From Chitinophagales bacterium (GTDB taxonomy: Bacteria > Bacteroidota > Bacteroidia > Chitinophagales > UBA10324): 64,000 nucleotides of DNA. The notes beneath the pieces are model-generated. The model was not told where the DNA came from, did not search any database, and worked only from the letters and a program-made list of their open reading frames with translations. Positions 58,575 to 64,000 of this stretch are shown here, piece after piece. Every line of letters begins with the position of its first letter. The first letter of the stretch is position 1. Location of the stretch: positions 26,986 through 90,985 of the forward strand of contig JANWXQ010000070.1 of NCBI GenBank assembly GCA_025057275.1. The letters run 5' to 3'. Position numbers and translations under genes: made by a program.

Positions 58575-58795
58575 AATTGCCTCCGATGAACTCAAAGCGC
58601 ACTGCGCCTGCCGGCAATATAGTGCCAGCCGGCTCTGCCTGCATGCCTTCAAAGCATTCGCTTCCTGTTTGGTGACTCAAAAGCCTGCAGCATGGATGGT
58701 AGCAATTCCTGTGCAGAGGAGCAGGAATAGCTTGATCCCCTGCATTTCAGGCTTGGCGCGAAAAAAGTATTCATGCCTTTTAACATCTTTAGCTC

Positions 58796-59356
58796 ATGTT
58801 GCTATGGCTGCTGAAATGGCATTTTCGATTGCGTGGCTGGAAGATGGTGCGGCCTTTGCCTGAAGAAATCCGACGCTGCATCATACTGGTAGCCCCTCAC
58901 ACCAGCGCATGGGACTTCGTTTACGGAGCAGGAGCCCGCTTACACATGAGGCTGGAAACGTTGTTTCTGGCCAAGCAGGAGCTGTTTCGCTGGCCGATAC
59001 GCAGCCTGTTGTTACGCCTGGGCGGGGTTCCCGTGGATCGCAGCAAGCGTGTTGGCCTGACGGAAACCCTGACCACCTGGCTGCGGGAGCGCGATCCCTG
59101 CCGGATCGTCATTACTCCAGAAGGAACGCGCCAGCGGAATGCGCAGTGGAAAACCGGCTTTTACTATGCTGCTTTAGGCGCCGGAGTACCTATAGCACTG
59201 GCGTACCTGGATTATGCGCGTAAAGAAGCTGGCTTTGGTCCGGTGTGGATGCCCAGTGGCGACCTGAACAAGGATTGGGCCATCATCCGGCAGTTCTACG
59301 AAACCGTGACCGCCCGCCATCCGGAACGTTTTGCCGTTCCGCAAGAAATCCCGTAA
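58796..59356 (+). CDS. 1-acyl-sn-glycerol-3-phosphate acyltransferase family protein
   Basis: HTSAWD (the Hx4D acyltransferase motif) and ITPEGTR (PEGTR motif). Confidence 0.8.
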   Translation: MLLWLLKWHFRLRGWKMVRPLPEEIRRCIILVAPHTSAWDFVYGAGARLHMRLETLFLAKQELFRWPIRSLLLRLGGVPVDRSKRVGLTETLTTWLRERDPCRIVITPEGTRQRNAQWKTGFYYAALGAGVPIALAYLDYARKEAGFGPVWMPSGDLNKDWAIIRQFYETVTARHPERFAVPQEIP

Positions 59357-59366
59357 AACTCCATCG

Positions 59367-59933
59367 CTATTCTTTCACCCGCTCCACATATTCTCCGGTG
59401 CGGGTATCCACTTTAATCTTTATGCCTGATTCCACAAACATAGGCACCAGAATGTCGGCGCCGGTTTCCAGCCTGGCTTTTTTCATGGGATTGTTGGCCG
59501 TGTCGCCCTTGACGGCAGGTTCAGCATAGTCCACAGTCAGCACGACATGCACGGGCAGCTCACAGCTCAGCGGTCGCTCGGTTTCGGAGTGAAATACGAT
59601 TTCCACCTCCTGGCCTTCCTTCAAAAACTCCTTACCCGTTATCAGATCGGCGTCCAGGGTTACCTGATCAAAAGTGTTCTGATCCATGAAATGATAGCCG
59701 GCATCGTCGTTGTACAGGTATTGGTATTTGCGGCGCTGGACGGTAACCAATGAAATTTCTTCACCGCTGTTAAAGGTTTGATCAATGATTTTGCCGCTGG
59801 TTAGCGATTTCAGGCGCGTGCGTACAAAAGCACCTCCCTTTCCCGGTTTAACATGTTGAAAATCCAGCACCAGATAAATGTCGTTTTTGAAGTTGAGGGT
59901 AATCCCTTTTTTGATGTCAGCCGTTGTTGCCAT
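59367..59933 (-). CDS. efp: Elongation factor P
   Basis: 188 aa. Contains HVKPGKGGAFVRTRLK and a C-terminal ...GIKIKVDTRTGEYVERV. Confidence 0.95.
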   Translation of the reverse strand: MATTADIKKGITLNFKNDIYLVLDFQHVKPGKGGAFVRTRLKSLTSGKIIDQTFNSGEEISLVTVQRRKYQYLYNDDAGYHFMDQNTFDQVTLDADLITGKEFLKEGQEVEIVFHSETERPLSCELPVHVVLTVDYAEPAVKGDTANNPMKKARLETGADILVPMFVESGIKIKVDTRTGEYVERVKE

Positions 59934-59975
59934 AGCAAAATGTTAAAGGGAAAAAACAAAAATGAGTGTGGTTAT

Positions 59976-60971
59976 TCAGGAATTGTAGCTCCATTTCATA
60001 TAAATGGCTCCCCAGGTGAATCCACCGCCAAAGGCGCATAAGATGAGGTTGTCGCCTGCATGCAGTTTGCGCTCCCATTCCCACAGACACAGCGGGATGG
60101 TGCCGTTAGTCGTGTTACCGTAGCGCTCAATGTTGATCATCACCTTGTGCTCGGGCAAAGACATCTTTTGACGGGTGGCGTCGATAATGCGCTTGTTGGC
60201 CTGATGAGGCACCAGGTAGGCGATGTCGTCAGGCGTCAAGCCGTTTTTGGTCATGATCTCGTAGCCTACATCGGCCATGCGCGATACGGCAAACTTGTAC
60301 ACGGCCTGCCCTTCCTGATACACGTAATGCAATCGCTTTTCCACGGTTTCTTTCGAGGCAGGCATCGCCGATCCACCGGCTTTCTGGTGCAGATGCACGC
60401 GGCCCGATCCGTCGGAATACATGATCGCATCCAGTATGCCAAGACCGTGCGTGTTGGGTTCAAGCAAAACGGCTCCGCCCCCATCACCAAACAACACGCA
60501 GGTGGTTCGATCCGTGTAATCAATAATGGAAGACATTTTATCGGCGCCCACCACAATGATGCGGCGATGCGCTCCCGACTCGATCATGCGGGCAGCTGTT
60601 GCCAACGCATACAAAAAGCCGGAACAGGCAGCATTCAGGTCGAAACCCCAGGCATGCTTTAGCCCCACTTCTTCGCAGATGATATTGGCCGTAGCAGGGA
60701 ACTGCATGTCTGGCGTGGTGGTGGCGCAGATGAGCAATTCAATACTGTCCGGATTGGTGTTTGTTTTTTTCAACAATCCCCGAACGGCATTAGCCCCGAT
60801 GACGGAAGTGCCTTTCCCTTCACCGCGCAAAATGCGGCGCTCGCGAATTCCTGTACGTGTCAGAATCCATTCGTCGGTGGTGTCCACCATTTTTTCCAGA
60901 TCAGCATTCGACAAAATGGTTTCAGGAACCCAGCCGTAAACGCCGGTAATGGCGGCAGTGATTTTAGCCAT
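59976..60971 (-). CDS. fabH: 3-oxoacyl-ACP synthase III
   Basis: AACSGF (active-site Cys), VPHQAN and [10 protein letters not shown]. 331 aa. Confidence 0.95.
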   Translation of the reverse strand: MAKITAAITGVYGWVPETILSNADLEKMVDTTDEWILTRTGIRERRILRGEGKGTSVIGANAVRGLLKKTNTNPDSIELLICATTTPDMQFPATANIICEEVGLKHAWGFDLNAACSGFLYALATAARMIESGAHRRIIVVGADKMSSIIDYTDRTTCVLFGDGGGAVLLEPNTHGLGILDAIMYSDGSGRVHLHQKAGGSAMPASKETVEKRLHYVYQEGQAVYKFAVSRMADVGYEIMTKNGLTPDDIAYLVPHQANKRIIDATRQKMSLPEHKVMINIERYGNTTNGTIPLCLWEWERKLHAGDNLILCAFGGGFTWGAIYMKWSYNS

Positions 60972-61013
60972 GCAGAAGAGCGCTCAGAAAAAGTGGGCGC
61001 TAAGATAGCAAGG

Positions 61014-61985
61014 CTACCCTAACTCCGCCGTTTGCAGGTTTAGAAAGGCTTCGCGGAACCGCTCCACCAGGCGCGATTCCACCATTTCCCGCGTCAGCAA
61101 AATCATGTTGCGAAATGCATTGGCATTGGAAATGCCGTGAGCTACTACCACAGGTGCATTGAGGCCCAGAATGCCCGAACCTCCGTAATTCTCGTAGTTG
61201 AAACGATCCCAATAGGGGTCGGTGATGCCACGACGCTTCACCATATCGTATATGCTTTCACCAAATTTGAGGATGATATTGCCCACAAAGCCGTCGCAGA
61301 CCATCACATCGGCCTGGTTGCTGAATATGTGACGTCCTTCTATGTTTCCAATAAAACGCAGCTGCCTGCTGGCGCGCATGAGCTCGGCCGCTTCCTTAAC
61401 CAATTGGTTGCCTTTGCCTTCTTCTTCACCAATGCTGATCAGGGCCACGCGTGGCGCATCAATGTGATAGACGTACTGGGCGTACAGCGAGCCGAGCAGG
61501 CCAAACTGCAGCAACATTTCGGGCCGGCAATCCACGTTGGCGCCCACATCCAGCAGAATGCCCAAGTGATCGTTATCGCGAGGAACGACGGTTGTCAGCG
61601 ACGGGCGCAAAACGCCTTCAATGGTACGCACCGACTGCACGGCACCTACCATCATGGCCCCTGTGTTGCCGGCTCCGGCAAACGCATCAATGAATCCTTC
61701 TTTCAAATGCTGAAACCCAATGGCAATACTTGAGTTGGGCTTTTGCTGCATTGCCCGCGTAGGGGATTCGGCCATGCCCACCACTTCCTCGCAATGAACC
61801 AGCTCCACGCGGTGGCTGGGCATGCGCTCGCGGTGAACCAGCGGTTGAATCTGACTCAGGTCGCCATAAAGCACCAATTGTGCATCCGGCGGCAGTTGAT
61901 CCAGGACCAATGCGGCGCCCCGTATGCATTCCACAGGGGCAAAGTCGCCGCCCATGGCATCAATACCAATTTTCAGGCCAGGCAT
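61014..61985 (-). CDS. plsX: Phosphate acyltransferase PlsX
   Basis: IGIDAMGGDFAP, GAGNTGA and VVAHGIS. Conserved rpmF-plsX-fabH order. Confidence 0.95.
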   Translation of the reverse strand: MPGLKIGIDAMGGDFAPVECIRGAALVLDQLPPDAQLVLYGDLSQIQPLVHRERMPSHRVELVHCEEVVGMAESPTRAMQQKPNSSIAIGFQHLKEGFIDAFAGAGNTGAMMVGAVQSVRTIEGVLRPSLTTVVPRDNDHLGILLDVGANVDCRPEMLLQFGLLGSLYAQYVYHIDAPRVALISIGEEEGKGNQLVKEAAELMRASRQLRFIGNIEGRHIFSNQADVMVCDGFVGNIILKFGESIYDMVKRRGITDPYWDRFNYENYGGSGILGLNAPVVVAHGISNANAFRNMILLTREMVESRLVERFREAFLNLQTAELG

Positions 61986-62019
61986 GTCGGAGGAAGGTTA
62001 GCGCAGAGAACCTGCTGAA

Positions 62020-62205
62020 TCAGGAAGTTTTTCCTAATATCTTCTTTCCCCGATAGTAGAGTTCTCCTTCAAAATAATGAGCCCGATGCCGCTGATGCGT
62101 CATCCCCGTAGTGGGATCAACGGATAAAGTGGGCATGATCAGTTTGTCGTGCGTTCGGCGCTTGCGCTGCCGGGATTTGGAATGACGTCGTTTTGGATTA
62201 GGCAT
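62020..62205 (-). CDS. rpmF: 50S ribosomal protein L32
   Basis: MPNPKRRHSKSRQRKRRTH... 61 aa. Confidence 0.95.
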   Translation of the reverse strand: MPNPKRRHSKSRQRKRRTHDKLIMPTLSVDPTTGMTHQRHRAHYFEGELYYRGKKILGKTS

Positions 62206-62207
62206 AA

Positions 62208-62735
62208 TCAGCGGATTTTAATCTTTCTGAGCTCATCCCACCGGTGATCATCGGCAACAGGAGCAGCAAGCTGCAGTCGAGCTGTAACCGCCGGATCGCA
62301 GGTCCGGGGCACAGGAAGCTGATCGCAGGTGATGCTGCGCTCAGAAAGGGAAAGACTCAGGAAATCGTAAATCATTTGGGCTACGGACAGATGGCTGTCG
62401 CTCCGGCGCAGGTACACCACGTCGGCATGGGAGTCATCTGCTTCATCCTCCCGATGGGAATCAAACTTTACGACAACGGCCCGGTTGAGCGACACCGGAA
62501 AATCCAGTTCCGCATCACAACGATGGCAGTTGGTTCGGATGGTTCCTGTCATGCGGAATGTCAGCAGAAAAAAGGAAGGCTGCTTATCAAAAAACAAGTT
62601 TACCTGAACATCGGCTTGTTCAATCAGGGAGCCGGGATAATGCCGGAAAAATTCCTCATCCACCGTATAGACGAATTCCGTAACCCCGGCTGGTAATCCG
62701 ACAAAAGCTATATCAAATGCTCTGAGCGGATGCAT
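62208..62735 (-). CDS. YceD/DUF177 family protein
   Basis: Conserved position upstream of rpmF. CHRC...C motifs are present. I use the start at the internal Met (MHPLRAFDI); the ORF track runs to 62849. Confidence 0.78.
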   Translation of the reverse strand: MHPLRAFDIAFVGLPAGVTEFVYTVDEEFFRHYPGSLIEQADVQVNLFFDKQPSFFLLTFRMTGTIRTNCHRCDAELDFPVSLNRAVVVKFDSHREDEADDSHADVVYLRRSDSHLSVAQMIYDFLSLSLSERSITCDQLPVPRTCDPAVTARLQLAAPVADDHRWDELRKIKIR

Positions 62736-62882
62736 GAAAACGGCCTGACAAGTGGGCAAAAGTAACAAACCGTGACGTAATGACGCAGAAAAGTGCCGTA
62801 AACGGCACCTCCAGGCTCCCTTCGGATGGTTGCAGGCTGGTCGTTTCAACTTGAACTATACTTGCAACCCATTGAGCATCTT

Positions 62883-63707
62883 ATGCCAGCCTCATCATAC
62901 AGTGAATTGCGTCTGGCGCCGCTGTTTTCGGCCTATCTGAAGCGCTACGTAACCGTTGACCTGCTGTTGCCCCCCTCCTACGCCCACAGCCGGCGCCGCT
63001 ATCCACTGCTTTTGGTAAACGATGGTCAGGATCTGGGAAGGCTCAGGTTCAAAGCCACCTTGAACCGACTGGTGCGAAGGCAACAGATTCAGGAATTGGT
63101 GGTTGCGGCCGTTCATGCCGGCGACAGAATTCAGGAATACGGCCTATCCGGCCACGCCGACTACCTCAGGCGGGGCGCCCGTGCCCGGCAGTATGCGGCT
63201 TTCATCAGTAAGGAATTGCTGCCCGTGTTGGACGACACCTTTCGCCTGGATCTGGAATCAGCAATAAACGGGGTTGCCGGCTGCTCATTGGGCGGCTTAT
63301 CCGCTCTGGATTTGGCCTGGCAGTTTCCCCAGTGGTTCCGCTGCGTCGGCGTTTTTTCGGGATCGCTGTGGTGGCGGAGTCGTCCGTACGGTCCCAGTTT
63401 CGATGAAACCCGTCATCGTCTGGCGCATCAGATGGTACGCCACAGCCCGCAGCGGCCGGGCCTGCGTTTCTGGTTTCAGGCAGGCACGCTCGATGAAACC
63501 GCCGATCGCAACAGCAACGGCGTTATTGATTCCATTGACGACACGCTGGATCTGATCAGCGAACTGGTGCGCAAAGGGTACAGGCCTTTCCACGACATCG
63601 CCTACTGCGAAGTACAAAATGGCAAACACCATCCGCAGACGTGGGCACGCGCTTTACCCTGCCTGCTGCGCTGGGGCTGGGGACTGACCAAAACCAACTG
63701 TTGCTGA
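62883..63707 (+). CDS. Alpha/beta hydrolase (putative esterase family)
   Basis: GCSLGG nucleophile elbow (GxSxG). YPLLLVNDGQD is typical of the enterochelin-esterase-like 'putative esterase' family. Confidence 0.72.
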   Translation: MPASSYSELRLAPLFSAYLKRYVTVDLLLPPSYAHSRRRYPLLLVNDGQDLGRLRFKATLNRLVRRQQIQELVVAAVHAGDRIQEYGLSGHADYLRRGARARQYAAFISKELLPVLDDTFRLDLESAINGVAGCSLGGLSALDLAWQFPQWFRCVGVFSGSLWWRSRPYGPSFDETRHRLAHQMVRHSPQRPGLRFWFQAGTLDETADRNSNGVIDSIDDTLDLISELVRKGYRPFHDIAYCEVQNGKHHPQTWARALPCLLRWGWGLTKTNCC

Positions 63708-63717
63708 GTGCAGATCT

Positions 63718-64000
63718 TCAGGAGTGCTTCTGCTTGCGACGAGAAATTTCATCGCGCACCATAATGGCCTGCTCGTAATCTTCCCGCTCCAGCAGCTTCT
63801 GAAGCATGCGGTTGAGTTCTTCAAAACTGTAGCGAGAAAGGTCAGATATTTTCCAGGGCTCCTTGACCGTTGAGGATGACTCGGTCTTGGGGCTTTCCTG
63901 CTCCGGCTCCTCCTGTTCCAGATCTTCCATGATGATGCCGGCACTGTCCAGGACAAATTCAAAGGTGTAAATAGGACAATCAAAGCGGACTGCCAATGCC
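63718..64000 (-). CDS. Bifunctional-nuclease-like protein with C-terminal UVR motif (5' end outside the window)
   Basis: The ORF is open to the window edge. The C-terminus FEELNRMLQKLLEREDYEQAIMVRDEISRRK is a UvrB/UvrC-type motif, and the preceding segment resembles the end of DUF151. Confidence 0.6.
   Translation of the reverse strand, partial: ALAVRFDCPIYTFEFVLDSAGIIMEDLEQEEPEQESPKTESSSTVKEPWKISDLSRYSFEELNRMLQKLLEREDYEQAIMVRDEISRRKQKHS

Noticed and set aside
1-64000. Search for CRISPR arrays, tRNA/rRNA genes, transposases, integrases, reverse transcriptases, and restriction-modification or toxin-antitoxin pairs.
   Set aside because: The longest gaps between supported genes are about 290 nt, with two others near 190-200 nt. 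None contains regularly spaced repeats of CRISPR type or a tRNA-like T-arm (GGTTCGAnTCC). No ORF showed DDE, tyrosine-recombinase, RT (YxDD) or methyltransferase/endonuclease signatures. This was a visual scan only, so short or degenerate elements could have been missed.

Overview
This is a densely coding 64-kb chromosomal window with about 65 supportable CDS. I recognised no rRNA, tRNA, CRISPR array, transposase or integrase. It probably comes from a moderately GC-rich member of Bacteroidota. The evidence is two proteins with T9SS-type C-terminal sorting domains, an Hc1 histone-H1-like protein, an exbB-exbD-exbD-tonB layout, and a TTTG / TAnnTTTG-type promoter upstream of exbB.

Most content is core metabolism and housekeeping:
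- Translation and DNA: an EF-G paralogue fragment, ettA, topA, cdd, recJ, efp.
- Transport and respiration: a Ton cluster, an amino-acid permease, and nuoL-M-N.
- Sugar and phosphate: rfbA, a UXS-like gene and galE, plus a complete pstSCAB-phoU-phoB-phoR block.
- Other core genes: rhomboid, serC-serA-DUF1015, a trans-sulfuration enzyme, and yceD-rpmF-plsX-fabH.
- A polysaccharide locus carrying GT4, Wzx, FkbM, Wzz-like and Wzy/ligase-like genes and a processive GT2.

The stretch that does not look like core genome is about 3.3-7.4 kb, where GC is lower than in the flanks. It holds a co-directional four-gene module that I cannot assign to a described system: an 82-aa protein, a 9-cysteine 139-aa protein, an M64-like HExxH lipoprotein, and an orphan lipoprotein. 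VOC and DHFR-like cargo genes follow, and a compound inverted/direct repeat lies at the right edge. That module is my best candidate for something undescribed.

Secondary candidates are:
- a processive GT2 translationally chained to a small protein and a GAF-PP2C phosphatase;
- the Ton / PstS-like / TPR cluster, whose TPR protein ends in an apparently catalytically dead retropepsin-like domain;
- an isolated nuoLMN triad;
- an in-phase 11-bp repeat array upstream of pstS.

All calls come from reading the translations and the sequence by eye. No database search was run.
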